DNA of 64,000 nt from Chrysomallon squamiferum (GCA_012295275.1 CM022675.1:11284001-11348000), one strand, 5' to 3'. Positions 1 to 14,982 are shown, counted from the first letter of the stretch. Notes: generated by a model not told the origin, from the sequence alone. Program-made: numbers and translations.

Positions 1-438
1 AATAAAAAAAAAAAAAAACTCACGATGAAACTTAAAACAAACAATATAAAAATAAACAAACAAACAAACAAACAAACAAAATAAATAAACAACAAAGTAA
101 GCTTTAATATCTAGAAATCTTTTAATCAAATCACATCAAATATCTAACATACAAATCTGTCTCCAGTTCTTTTTGCATTAATTCTTTCCTTTCCCTCGTT
201 TACTAGAACGAAATCAAATATTTTGTTTCCTTTCTAAATACACACATCCACTGCAATCTGCAATCTAGCCCGAGTGAGATTTAGAACAGTGCTTTAAATT
301 GTACTGAATTTAAATTACGAAAGGAAGATATAAACAATCCCGCCTGCTCCAAATCAAGACCACTCCCACTTGGTATCAAATTTTCAGATTATAATACAGA
401 GCGATATAAATTCCAGATTTTGCGTCTTTCTTTTTTTT

Positions 439-473
<35 letters not shown>

Positions 474-502
474 CTTTTGATTCAGTGAGGTTTTATCATA
501 GT

Positions 503-626
503 TAGACAGATAGATAAACAGATAGAAAGATAGATAGAAAAATAGATAGGATAGATAGATAGATAGATAGGTAGATAGAGAGATTGATAGAAAAATAGAC
601 AGACAGATAGATAGATAGACAGAAAA

Positions 627-663
<37 letters not shown>

Positions 664-668
664 AAAAT

Positions 669-715
<47 letters not shown>

Positions 716-786
716 AAAGTAGATAGATAGATAGATGGATGAATGGATGAATGGATGGATACATAATTATACACATACACGCAGAG

Positions 787-863
<77 letters not shown>
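503..863. repeat. Compound microsatellite (GATA)n-(GATG)n-(AG)n
   Basis: Directly visible tandem repeats. Confidence 0.95.
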
Positions 864-868
<5 letters not shown>

Positions 869-1009
869 AGATATAATGACCATCCCTCACCCCATAAATA
901 CTTTCTTAAAACAAAAACGACACCGCCTTCTTTCCCCCTACCTTACCAACTCCGCAAAACATGACGTAAAAAATATATATTTTTTTTTTTATGCGCCACA
1001 CACGAAGAA

Positions 1010-1040
<31 letters not shown>

Positions 1041-1049
1041 GACTTCTGA

Positions 1050-1303
1050 GTTACCTCCGTACCCGGGCAGTCGCTCGAACGCGGCCCTAGCCTAGCAACA
1101 ACCTGTCCTCGGAGAAACTGTAGTTAAAAACTCTGAAAACACACAGGCGCGGCTCAGCTATCAGTAGCAAGAAAGAAAATAGATCATCTCGACTCGCTTG
1201 CAGTGGCTGAAGGGTCATTGAAACGAACAAGGCACAAACTCGAAGATCAAACGCTTGAAAAGTTTCAAAGTTAAAAGTCGTGACCGCGCTGTTTGGGGGT
1301 CCC
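1050..1303. promoter_or_regulatory. Unique CpG-retaining island, candidate enhancer
   Basis: GC/CpG-rich block between poly-T tracts, with TCF-like AGATCAAAC (~1244) and TTCAAAG (~1264). Confidence 0.3.
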
Positions 1304-1640
1304 GTTTTTTTTTTTTTAATCTTTTTTTTTATTTTATTTTATGGAGCATCTCCTGTGAATGATAAGTTCAGTAGGGCTGGTGCGAGTGTGTGGGGGGAGT
1401 GTGTGTGGGGGGTAAGTTGAGAGCTTTTTTTTTTTTTCTTGTTGTTTTTGTTTTGTTTGTTCAAAGAGATGAAAAAAAAGTTTATTTATAGATTTTGAGT
1501 TCGTCGGGTGCGTTTTATTTTGTTTGGTAATGTTGATCGTATCGATATGTGGATTTATAATTTTGTGTTGAGTGTATGTTTTATGTGTGTGGTGTGTGTG
1601 GTGTTTGTATGCTTATATATATATATATATATATATATAT

Positions 1641-1699
<59 letters not shown>

Positions 1700-2436
1700 G
1701 TTTATGTAAGAATATTTCTTTCTGTGTTATTTTTTTTTTCATGTTTAGATATTTTAAAATTGCATGTGCATGTATGTGTCTAAACTGTGAGTGGTTGCAC
1801 GTCTGAAGAATGATTTGTTTCTAATGTGCATTTAGTTATGTCTCAAAATACATAAGTATGTGCAAAATGCAAATATATACATATGTATGAGTTTATAGTG
1901 TGTACGTATATCAACAACAACAAAACAAATAATAATAAAGAATAAAATAAAATAATAAAAATAATAATAATAATAATTATAAAACTAGTAATAATAATAA
2001 ATAATAATAATAATTATTTAAAAAATAAAGAAAGAACACAGTATAGCATTCGTCTAGATTTCTTCATTTTCAATTATTATTTTCACGTTTTTCACTTTGT
2101 TTTTTTTCTTTTCGTTATCGTTTTTTTGTTGTTGTGTTTTTTGTTGTTGTTTTTTTATATTGTTTTACTGTGGTTTTTTATATTTCTTTCTTCTTTTTTA
2201 CTTTTCTTCTTCTTCTTTTTATTATAATCATTAGTTTCGCCAGCGTTCATTATTTTATCATTAACTTATTTACTTTTATTTTCTTGTTGCTTTTCCAACT
2301 CTTTTTCTTTCTTTCTTTCTTTCTTTTTAACTTTTCTTATCTTTTTTCTTTGTTGCTGCTGTTTGTTTTGTTTTTTTCTGTGGTATTTTTTGTTTCTTTC
2401 TTTTCCTACATTTGTTTTATTTATTTATTTATTCAT

Positions 2437-2479
<43 letters not shown>

Positions 2480-2653
2480 CTTATTTATTCATTTACTTAT
2501 TTATTTATTTATTTATTTATATAGATCTTTGCATAACTCTTTCTTCATTGTTTTTCTATTAATTATTTCTGTTTGTTGCGTCTTTTTTCTTTTTTCTCTT
2601 CTCTTTTTTCTTTTATCCCTCTGTCTATCTTCATTTCTTTCTTTCTCTCTGTC

Positions 2654-2699
<46 letters not shown>

Positions 2700-4125
2700 C
2701 CTTTCCGCTTTTCTCAGCTGTGAATGAAACTTACTTCATTAAGTTTCACGTATTAGTTTCATTCACTGCGTTGCAGTTAGACACATTATTACATTTTTAT
2801 ACACCTTTGGACGCCATGTGAATTAATTCCGTGTCTGTTGCTGATTTTATGGTTAGGGTATCTCACAAACATGGACAAAAAAAATATTTAAACGCAATTA
2901 CAAACACATTCGGTGTGAAAAAAAAATAATAAGAAGAAGAAGAAAGAAATAATTTAAAACAAAATTTAAAAATTAAATAAGAATATAAAGCGACAGAAAT
3001 TGCATTCGATATAATTGAAATGAAATAATGTAAAAGAGAATAAACTGAAAATAAGAAAAATAAAAGTAAGTGTAAGGCGAAACAAAATTATGAAAAATAC
3101 AGTTTAATAAAATGTCAGGTACATGAATACAAATTTAAAAAAAAAAATAATAATAATAAAAAATTATAATAAATAAACAAATAAATAAAAGATAAAAGTC
3201 AATATGTTAATAACTTAACATAAACCGGTAATATCCTGTAAGTCAAGAAAATAAAATAAAAAACAGAACGAACAAAAAAAAAAAAAAAAACAAACAAAAA
3301 ATATATTATATCGGCAATAAAACAACAATTTCGGCAAAGTAACAAATTTCAACAGCAAAAACTGAATTTTAAAAACTCAGATAAATAAGTGACAAAATTT
3401 AAATCTACGCAATTTTTTGCGTAATAAAACTAATTTTCTCAAATTTACTTTGTGCAGAAAATAAAATTAAGTTCAAGGTATTCTGTAAACTGAAACAATA
3501 AAATCGCAATTTACATAATTTACTTTATGTGGAAGAAAATGTAATCTTATCACTAATAACATAAAAAGTAAATAAGATATATAAAAAATAAAAAAAAAAA
3601 TTAGACAAAATTAACATAAATGGATAATAAAATAAATATAATATAAATACAATGAATAAACAAATAAACAAACAAACAAACAAACAAACAATTAAATAAA
3701 TAAATAAATAAATAAATAAAAACGGTAAATGTATGAAAAAATAAGATTTGTTTCTTTGTTTAGAAAAACAATGTTAAGAAAGGTGAAATATAAACAGCAA
3801 TGTCAATAACAATTCGTTAAATGGAGGTAATATTAAGAATTGTGTTTGCAAGTTTAATATATGCAAAAGAATTAATGTATTCAATTTAAAACATTTTCTG
3901 ATACTTTTAAATGTAGATAAAAACTTGTAAAGCTGCAAGTTTATTATGTTTATTTGAAATGAGAATTAATAATATTTTTCTAATAAACAGCGATGACACA
4001 GAGATAATTTAAAAAAAAATTAAATGTTATAAAAACAAACGAAATAAAAGGAAAGAAGAAATTGTTTTTTAAAAAACCAGGCTGAAAAATCTATATTTAA
4101 TCATTAAAATGTATGCACATCAAAA

Positions 4126-4184
<59 letters not shown>

Positions 4185-4236
4185 ACAAATAATAATAACA
4201 ACAACAACAACAACAATAATAATAATAATAATAAAA

Positions 4237-4267
<31 letters not shown>

Positions 4268-4849
4268 AATAGAAATAAAGCACTGATAAAATTAAACGAA
4301 AACACAAAAGACTAATATTCTAAAATGTGGAGATGTAAAAAAAAAATAAAAACATTAAATAAGAATAACAGTAATAGTAAAAATAAAAACACAAAGAAAC
4401 GAATAGCTTTAATAAATAGATTAAGAAAGAAATAAAGAAATAATAAATGAGAGATAAAATTGTATTCACTTAACCTTAATTAACTTTGTTTCGTTTGTTG
4501 TTATTTTTTTTGGTTCGTTTTTGTTTGTTTTTGTTTATTTATTATTATTATTATTTTATTTGTTTTTGTCATCGTCATCATCACCATTACTATTATTATT
4601 ATTACTGTTGTATTGTTATTGTTATTATTATTATTATTATCATTATAATTATTATTACTATTATTACTACTACAACTACTTTCTGTTTCATTTTTCTTGT
4701 TTTCTTTAATCTTCTATTCGCTTGTTTATAACCGTCTGTATCTCTCTCTCTCTCTGTCTATCAGATCTATTTGACTATCTATTAAAATATATCCTATACA
4801 TCTTCATTTCTTTCACTCACCTTCTTTCTTCCCTTAGACCACTACACCT

Positions 4850-5350
4850 CACCCCCACCCCACCCCCCATCCCCCTTAAACTTCTCTCCCTTCCTTCCTA
4901 ACGCTATTCTCGCTAATCATAACAAATCTAAAAGAATATAGAAAATGTCAATATCTCCGTCACGAACTCTGCACGAAAAGATGGGGACTAATCAATAACA
5001 TTCCTGGAATACTTCCTGATATATTATGGGAGACTTTCGGGAGGGTTTAAGAGGCTGTATATTTCAGGATGCTTAATTGCATTAGTTTGCCCCCAGAAGT
5101 TCGCAGACTCTGTTTATCGCGACCAATGATAGCAGTTGACTCTTAATGCGCGCAAAACTTACACGTTTCAATTCGTCATAATTTTTGTGGGCCACTTAAA
5201 CACACCGGCGCTTGTCTGGTGGTGGTGGTGGGGGGGATGGCAGAGGCTCCCCATCCCCCCCCGAGTAACGGCATTGTGGGCGTGTCCTCGAGCACGTTAA
5301 GAATTTCTCTGCATCTAGCAATTTACACACAGTCATGTCAGTTTCAGTGG
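4850..5350. promoter_or_regulatory. Candidate regulatory island with STAT-type palindrome, G4-type C-runs and GC-rich inverted repeat
   Basis: TTCCTGGAA at 5001-5009, four C-runs at 4852-4875, 11-bp inverted repeat at 5230-5261. Confidence 0.35.
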
Positions 5351-5733
5351 CTGGCATTTTTTTTCTTTTTTCTTTCTTTCTTTCTTTCTTTCTTTTTTTT
5401 CGTTTCCCCCTCTGCTTTTTCTTCTTCTTCTTCTTCTTCTTCTTCTTCTTCTTCTTCTCTTCGCGTATTAATCTATTTCATTTCGCCCAAGTGAAACATA
5501 TTATCACTTTTTTATTTCTTTTTCGACTCCGGCGGAATTAGTACCATAACTAGAAGTAATTTTTTTCAGATGTTTTTAAAACATTTTTTTTACCGAACAG
5601 AATTTTGTTGAGTTTCTTAAAATTTATATCCTCTGTCTGACGTACGAATTAAATATTTAATGGATGATTTTGGGGGGTTTATTTACTTGTGTATTTATAA
5701 TTCTTATTATATTTTATTTATTTATTTATTTAT

Positions 5734-5764
<31 letters not shown>

Positions 5765-6514
5765 TTTGTTCGTTCGTTCGTTCGTTCATTCATTCATTTA
5801 TTTAATATACTGGATTTTATTTATTTTATTTTATTTTAATAATTAATGGACGAACTACGAATTTCATGAAAAATGTAGGAAAAATTAATTAGAAATCACT
5901 ATTTTATTATTGGTATATATCTGTATATTCTTTCTTATTTTATCATGTTCTAATACTTTACTTTACTTTTCTTTTCTTTCTTTTTTATTTACTAGTAAAA
6001 CAATTTTAATGTATCTAATTCCAAAACTAAACAGGGAAACAAAGTTTCTTTTAGGTTGAAAAATCAAGATAATTAAAGATAAGTAATTTTTATAATAATA
6101 ATAATGACGATGATTGCAATAGTAATACTAATATTAGCAGTAGTACAATTATACTATGGTCATTTGGCCATTTCCTGTGAAATAATTAATTATTTATTTA
6201 TTTCAATTTAATTTAATTTAAGTTAAAAAAAAATAGAAACCAAAAACACTTCTTCTTATAATTTTTTATTAACCAAAATGAAAACATACAATCATTAAAA
6301 CCATGACTATAAATATGTAACGGTTATGAAGCAAGATTAAAACACGATAATAACACGTTAAAACTTTTTAGTTATTCGTTATAATAAATGGAGAACAGAA
6401 ATGTAACAAGAACAACAACAACAAAAGTATGAAATAATGAAATGACAATTATGATGATGCTGATAATAAAATAACAATAATAATCAACATAATAATAATA
6501 ATAATAACAATAAC

Positions 6515-6548
<34 letters not shown>

Positions 6549-7084
6549 GTAGCAGCTCTAGCTGAAGTAATATTAATAATAGCGGTGCTAGCAGTAGGAA
6601 TTTAATTATAAATTTTGCAGATGTCATTTGACTGCTATTAAATTAATGTTTTGAGTTATAGGAACAATAACATTATTAGAATACAAAAACACGCTAAAAC
6701 ACGAACACACACCCACACCCACACCGACACACCCACTCACACCCACCCACACCCACACACCCACACACCCACCTACACGATTACCCTCACAGACAACTAA
6801 ACACGGAGAAACGAAAAAACAAACAAAAAACAACACACAAATAAATTACCCCCCCTCTTCTTCACGTAAGTAACACCACATGACGGTAGAAGTCGACACT
6901 TTAATAATTACAGTACGAAGTGATGAACGCAAATGTTTTTTTAAACCGCCACATCCCGCACGAATAAACACAAATTACACAGTTTACATTAATCTTACTT
7001 CAGTTTCGTCTGCATGGGGAGCGGCCGCGGGCAGGGGGGCAGAACTGGGAGTGGTGATGATGAGAAGGGCTCGGGGGTTTGCAG

Positions 7085-7125
<41 letters not shown>

Positions 7126-7353
7126 CATAGATACATACATATATACATAGATACATACATATATATATATATATATACACACAGAGGTAATACATACATA
7201 CACACACATATACATTCAGACGTATACATACATATATACATATATACATAGATACATACATGCATACATACATACATACGTACACACATATACATACATA
7301 TATACATAGATAAATACATATATACATTCATATACACATACACACACACACAC

Positions 7354-7443
<90 letters not shown>

Positions 7444-7488
7444 CTATCTTTCTATATATCTATATATCTACATATCTCTATCTATCTA

Positions 7489-7545
<57 letters not shown>

Positions 7546-7590
7546 ATATATCTATATATCTACATATCTACCTATCTATCTATCTCTCTG

Positions 7591-7625
<35 letters not shown>

Positions 7626-7650
7626 CTATACCTATCTACCTATCTACTTA
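7085..7650. repeat. Compound microsatellite (TA/TACA/CA)n-(GA)n-(TC/TATC)n
   Basis: Directly visible; the GA tract abuts the TC/TATC tract at 7440/7441. Confidence 0.95.
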
Positions 7651-7879
7651 TCAATCAACATGCTATGTAATCGTCTGCCACTCATTTTGTATTTTTCTAC
7701 TCATTTTACATTTTCACTTCTTCCTTACCTGCATGTTTCTACCCATCATTTGAATTATCATTCATTACCATCATCATTATTATTATTATTATTTATTATA
7801 TTGTATCGCCTCTCTCTCTCCCTCTTTCTCTGTTTTCCTTTCTTGCCTCTTCCTTTCATTCCTTGCATCTGATATACAC

Positions 7880-8310
7880 CAGCTTCGCACCTGTGTTTAG
7901 GCTAGTGAATACCGTATTGTCATATTTTAGCGCGATCAAACAGAAACACACGCAAGCCGCCGATTGCAGCGAGCATAAATATAAAGTGGTATATCAGATG
8001 GTGAGAAAACCCTTTGATGGACTTCTGTGTTAGCACTTTGTTTTTGTGTATATCTTTTACGCAGGCAGCGTCACCACTGGATAGCTTCTTTTGCAGTTTC
8101 TCTAATTGTTGCTGTTTTATCTCTGCGAAATCTTGAAAAAGCTACAAACTCAGTGTTTCAGGGCGAGAGAGGAGAGGAGAGCGAGCGAGCGAGCGAGCGA
8201 GCGAACGAGAGCGGAGAAGAGAAATTGGAGGGGTTTTTTTTGTTTTTTTTTTTTTACTTTTAGCACTATAGCAGACGGCACGGTAGCGTTAGCTTTGAAG
8301 TAAAGACCTG
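7880..8310. promoter_or_regulatory. Candidate Wnt/TCF-responsive enhancer or promoter
   Basis: CCCTTTGATGG 8010-8020, GCTTTGAAG 8292-8300, GATCAAAC ~7934, Helper-type GCCGCCG 7956-7962, TATAAA ~7980, (GAGC)n tract. Confidence 0.45.
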
Positions 8311-8463
8311 TGATGATTTTTTTTTCTTCTTCTTCTTCTCGTTCTCTTTTTTTTTTTTTTTACTTTGGTTTCGTTTGGGATTGTTCTGTTATATTTATAC
8401 ACCCACGCACACACACGTACACACACGTACACACTCGTGAGTGTGTATAGTGTGTGTGCTTGT

Positions 8464-8500
<37 letters not shown>

Positions 8501-9428
8501 TATGTCTCTCTATCTATCTATATATATATATGTGTGTGTATGTGTAAAGGTAAACATATATATATATGCACCTACCGACCAAGATATATACATACAAGAA
8601 TCCAAACACATATGCATACGTACGTACATACATACATACACACATACATAGATACATACATACATACATACATACATACATACATACATACATACATACA
8701 TACATACATACATACATACATGCATGCATATATACATACACACATACATACACACACACACATATATGTATATATATATATATATATAAATGCATATAAA
8801 TAAAACATAATACGAAAATTATATATCATCATTGGGATTTATGAATATTCATAATTTGTTTTACAGAAAACAGCTACCTTTCTGACGGCATCATTTTATT
8901 ATTTATTTATTTATTTACTTACTTATTTATTAATCATTTATTGTTAATGTTTTTTTTATTATTTTTTATTATTTTTTATTATTTTTTAATTTTTTTTTTT
9001 TTACAATTAAATAACATTTATGAATGCTAGGTATCTATAATTACTGGTTTTAGTTTGGCAAAACTCTTTTTCTTCTTCCATAAAAAAACAACAACAAAAG
9101 CAACGCATTAAATAAATGAACTTCATCACCAGCTTTATTATTTCTGCATTGAGAGCATAGTCTGTTATTTTGCAAAATATGTTTTCTTTGTTCCCTTTGA
9201 CGTTTTCAATGGGGACAAAGTGATTCAAGAGTCGAAACTGCAATAATGGCAAGCAGAATTCTTTTTTTTTTTTTTTTTTTTTTGTTGGTTTCTCCAACTT
9301 AAAATATTTCTTGAACACTTACATTTCGTTTAAACAGTTTATAGCGAAACGCTTTAAATGAGTTTTCAATATTTTTTGTAAAATCTGTAGTCTCACGGAA
9401 AGCATTAACACAGACACACAGACATACA

Positions 9429-9483
<55 letters not shown>

Positions 9484-9903
9484 TGAATTCCTCTTATTGA
9501 AGAACACACACGTCATAACATAAATATCCTCCATTTGTGTTCTTCAAAAGTTTCTTTTCGTGACATTTAAAATTGTTTTAATACATACCATATACATCTC
9601 TTCATTTAATTTAATCTGATATCAAACCAGTAAATTTTTATATATTTCGTTTTTGTGAAATGCAGCATTATTTTAAAGAATTTTATTTTATTTTATGAAA
9701 AACAGAGAGCATGATGCAATGTCCCAAATCACGTTACACGTTTGAGAAGGTATATTATTTATTGCATTTGCAAATGTATGGACATATGTGTATTGGTTTG
9801 GTTGTTTTTCTGTATGTATCTCTGTCTTTCTATACGTAGACTTGTATATCTGTATGCCTGTATGTATGTATGTATTTTATTATGGCTCTTTTCTTCATTT
9901 TCC

Positions 9904-9962
<59 letters not shown>

Positions 9963-10079
9963 CCGGATTACCAAACTATTATCATCATCATTATCATCAT
10001 AACATTCATCATAATAATCATTTGACGAAACTTACATTTAGTAACATTAATATCCATCATCTTTACAACATTCATTATA

Positions 10080-10110
<31 letters not shown>

Positions 10111-11220
10111 TTTTTTTTCTTCTTCTCCTTCTTCCTTCCCCAAATGGCTTTTAGCACTTTAACACAAAAAAACACGACAGACTGATTATTAAACGCGGAT
10201 ACAATATATATCAGTGATTTTTTTTTTATTAACTGAAAACACCAAGACGGAGGACTCTGGTTCCGTTAATCATATTTACGATCTCATTCTTTCTTAACTT
10301 AGGCAAACGCATTACGTTCAATTACGACAGAGGATTTAAAAAAAAAAAAAAAAAAAAAAACAATATATTATTAGACCATCACGTTGGCATTCAGCGAACA
10401 ACCTCAAATCCTCGTGTCTACCATATTTCTGAAGCACATAAATTAGGCTTCCATAATGGAAATGCCCATGGAAATTGCCATTTGCACGGATAGAAAAAGA
10501 AATTTACAAGGCCCTAAATCTGAATCGCACTGCATATGTATAAAAAAAATTACTAATACAGCTTAATTGCAAATAACGACGTTGTTAATCCTGTACTTAT
10601 CATTACCGTTATGTATATATGTATATATATATATATATATCATCGTTACCGTTATCTCTATATAAAATATAATTTCGACACTCCATTACGAAATAATGTT
10701 GATATCATATTTAATGGGGGTAAAATGTATTCTTGTGGTTTTGTTAATAACAGTTATTACACTCATAGTTATATACATAATGGGGTGGGCTTTTTTTTTG
10801 GTGGTTTTTCTTTGTTATTTATGTTTAAACATGTATCTGTTTGATCCTGTATATAAATGTACGTAAGGATTTTGTTTATGACAAAAAAAAAAAGTATACA
10901 AATGATGATATAATACACGAATAATGTGTAGTTCAGAAAAAAAGAATTGGCTTAATGTAAATACATACATACATACATAGAAACAAACATACATGCACAC
11001 ATACATACATACATATAAATATATATATAATTACAAAAATACTTCTATAACTACTGCATCTTCTAATACTACTATTACAACGACTACTACTACAATACTA
11101 CTACTATTACTACTACTACTAATAATAATAAAACAATAATAATAATAATAATAAAGTAACTAAATAATAACACTAATAATAATAACTAAATAATAACAAT
11201 AATAACTAAATAATAATAAC

Positions 11221-11253
<33 letters not shown>

Positions 11254-11379
11254 ATAATAATAATAATAATAAAATTATTCAACAACAAAAACAAAACAAC
11301 TAAATTAACACATCGCATCCTCCAATAAGAAATAATATTTTATAAAGTCTTCATCTTTAAATTTTTCTTTTTCTTGTTA

Positions 11380-11870
11380 CAAAATCGTAACGAGCGCACA
11401 CTGCAATTAACAACTATTACAAAACAAACAACAGGCAGTACTCTGACAACAGGCCACGCCCCCTTGTTACTGTTCCCTTTGGCACGGGCTGTGGCACGTT
11501 AGACTACGGGTAATCTATTTCACCGAGCACAGTGGGGAATACAGTGTAATTCTGCAGTAATGAGAAATGTTAATTGCACTTTTTTGTTGACATGCACTAT
11601 TTATTTGAGCGCTTTCCGAAAATAAGGGGTGTAAACTTTTTGATAACGACCAATATCTGACACGCCATAACTGTAAATCTGCGTTTAGAGGGAGAGCCTC
11701 CCTTGGGAAAGCTTAAACCCCCCAGATTTAGTAAGTTTGCGCGAATTGTCGTCAGATTAGGCGCAGATATCAAATACGAATAAAATTTAGTGCAAAATCC
11801 TGTGCCGGTATTCGCGTCAGAAAACACACGGCTTAGCGGGTATCCTGTTTCAGAATATTTTATTCACGGA
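11380..11870. promoter_or_regulatory. Candidate enhancer island with COE/EBF palindrome
   Basis: TCCCTTGGGA 11699-11708 matches TCCCNNGGGA; KLF/Sp-type GCCACGCCC ~11453; about 490 bp free of simple repeats. Confidence 0.45.
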
Positions 11871-11930
11871 TTTGTGTTTTATCTTCGTTTTATTATTTTT
11901 TTTTTACTTCGTTTTTTTTTTTTTATTTTT

Positions 11931-11969
<39 letters not shown>

Positions 11970-12128
11970 TTTTTATTTTTTTTCTTTTGTTTTCATTTTT
12001 ACTTTATTTTATTTTTTATTTTATTTTATTTTATTTTATTTTTTATTTTATTTTATTTAGTTATTTGTTTGTTTGTTTGTTCATTTATTTATTTATTTAA
12101 TATTTATTTATTCATTTATTTGTTTATT

Positions 12129-12159
<31 letters not shown>

Positions 12160-12347
12160 TTTGTTTTGTTCCTTTACCTCTTTATTTATTTACTTATTTT
12201 TTGTTTTTATTTGTTTTTATTGTTATTATTTTGTTTATAAACAATCACAATATAAATGTACATCCATGCGTTTGTTCCGTTTTTCTGTTATTCTACATTG
12301 TAAAGTTAAATATCATTACTTTTAGTAATACATATTTAACAATTGTT

Positions 12348-12381
<34 letters not shown>

Positions 12382-12917
12382 CATTTTGAAAATAAAACTG
12401 CTTTATTTCTAACAAACATGAGTGTATTCATTTTCAAAGAAAGAACAAATAATTTCCTAATGTAATGCAATACCTTCGTTCATCCAACCGTCCTATTTAA
12501 TTTTCGAAATAATGGAAAAGAAAAGTAAAGGAAAAATAAAGGAAAAATATAATACACTTCCCGATAACTCTTAACCCGGTACCTTAATACACGTTTGACG
12601 GAACAAATTACAAAAGTTAAAAAAAAGAAAAAGAAAAAAGAAATCCATTGTTACGAGCATTGATGAGTTTTGGGCTTTCAGTCGTATTGAGTTACGTTTC
12701 GTTATAAACTTGATACGACTCGACTGAGATGAGATACTCGTCGTAAATCACACCCAGAAGTTTGGAACAAAAATCCGAGAAGTTCTTGTAAAGGTGAAAG
12801 ATTAAAAAAAAAGTTTACCTGTTTGAAACTGAACGGTAATTCTAGGAGATGAAACTGATGTAAATCAAGTCGCCTAATTTAAATTCTGATTTGACTTTGG
12901 ATAGAGGCACGGGCTGT

Positions 12918-13082
<165 letters not shown>

Positions 13083-13906
13083 AAACATGGCTAAATATAT
13101 ACTCTTTTGTATGAACGGAGAAGCAATTACTATATACATTAATCATTAATCAACGAACAAAAGAAAAGAAAAAACAAAGAAAAAAAAACAAGAAGAAAAC
13201 TATCCACAAAACAATAGAACAACAACAAAAACAACAATAAAAAAAAACCATACACACAGAAATACTGTCAGAGAGGGAACACACCCTATGGTATATTGTT
13301 CAATTTCACTTCTCTTGCTATTAGCAGTTACACCTTTTACTTTTCTTTTCACTCCATGCCAAGTTTAAGATGTACAGTAATTACGTGACGTACACCTACA
13401 GGCTTTTTTTTTTTTTCTTTTTTTTTTACGACCTACCTTATCATACACAACAACACTTTGTGCCTTCCGAATTACCTTAAATGTGTTTTCAATGGTCCAA
13501 TTGACTCCCCAGGATGACCTACGGAATCTGTGTTTTCTTTCTTGGGATTTCGGCGTTAATTCTTTAACGGCACGTTCACGTTTCAGTGTTATGTTGACGA
13601 AAGAAAGAAATAAAAAAAGTTTAACGTGTGTGTGTGATCGTTTGCCATTGTGTTTAAGAATAAAGAAAAAAAAAATATTGTTTCATGAATGATGCAAAGA
13701 GAGCAGGTGTTGTGGTAGTGGATAATTAGTTTGAAACAAAATTAAGTTTTGTATTAAAAAAAAAAATTATTGAACTTTGTTGGTGGTGGTAGTAGAGGTG
13801 GTGGTAATGATGATGATGATGGGGGGGTTGATGATGATGACGGTAAGAATTGTTATAAAATAATAGCAGCAACAATGGTATGAACAACAACATAAACTAG
13901 AGTGCA

Positions 13907-13975
<69 letters not shown>

Positions 13976-14439
13976 TTAAGAAAAACACAATAATAATAAA
14001 AATAATGACGAGAATAGTAGCCACAACAACAACAACAACAACAATATTTATAATAATAACAATAGTGGCGGTAGTAGTAGCAGTAGCAGAGGAAGGACTA
14101 ATAATAATGGTAGTTATCTAGTAATAGTAAAACAATAGTAGTAATAGTACTAGTAGTAGTAGTAGTAGTGATAGTAATAGCAGTAGTAGCAGCAGCAATA
14201 GAAGTAGTAGTAGTAGTAGTAATAGAAATAGTAGTAATACTTGTAGTAGTGAATTATATTTACAAAATTATCTTCTCATTTACCAGAACAAAAAGAAAAA
14301 AAAAGCAACAAAAAAACAAAGAGGCAGAAACTAACAGTGAAAATAAATAAATAAATAAAAAAAAAAAAAAATAATAATAATAATAATAATAACAAAAATA
14401 TATATATATATATATAAAAATATCAGACTTTTTTACCCG

Positions 14440-14700
14440 GCAACCAAAAAGTAAAATGGAGAAACGGCATTTCAAAGGAATAGCTTACAAAACACTGAGC
14501 TTACTCTCGGTTTTTCTCTCTGTGCCATAAATAAGACATAAAAAGTTTGAAATTTCGCAAAAATATTTCATAAAGCGCCAACTTCAAAGGGAGCTGACGA
14601 AAGCGACACATGTTTCTCAGGTCTACGTTTCTGAGAAACGCATTCTCGACGTTGCCGAAATAAACACTCGTGCAAAAATAAAAGGCGTCTTAAGATGTTT
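14440..14700. promoter_or_regulatory. Candidate enhancer island with two TCF sites
   Basis: TTCAAAGG ~14471, CTTCAAAGGG 14582-14591, STAT-type TTCTGAGAA ~14629, posterior Hox/Cdx-type GCCATAAA ~14524. Confidence 0.35.
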
Positions 14701-14980
14701 TGTTTCTGTGGTGTTTTTTGAGTTATGAATACGTTGAGAAGAGATTGACAGATGCGTGTGTGAGTTTTCCCTCTTTCTTTTTACTACGTTTTATTATTAT
14801 TATTTTTTTCTTATTTTTTTTTATTTTTTTTTATTTTTTTTTAAATTTTAAATTTTTCATATTTGTATATTATTTTTGCACTGATATATATATATATATA
14901 TGTATACACGCAAGTAGTAATATATACACATACACCCACAAATATAAACACACGGGCCCAGATACTTATATACATATATG

Positions 14981-14982
<2 letters not shown>

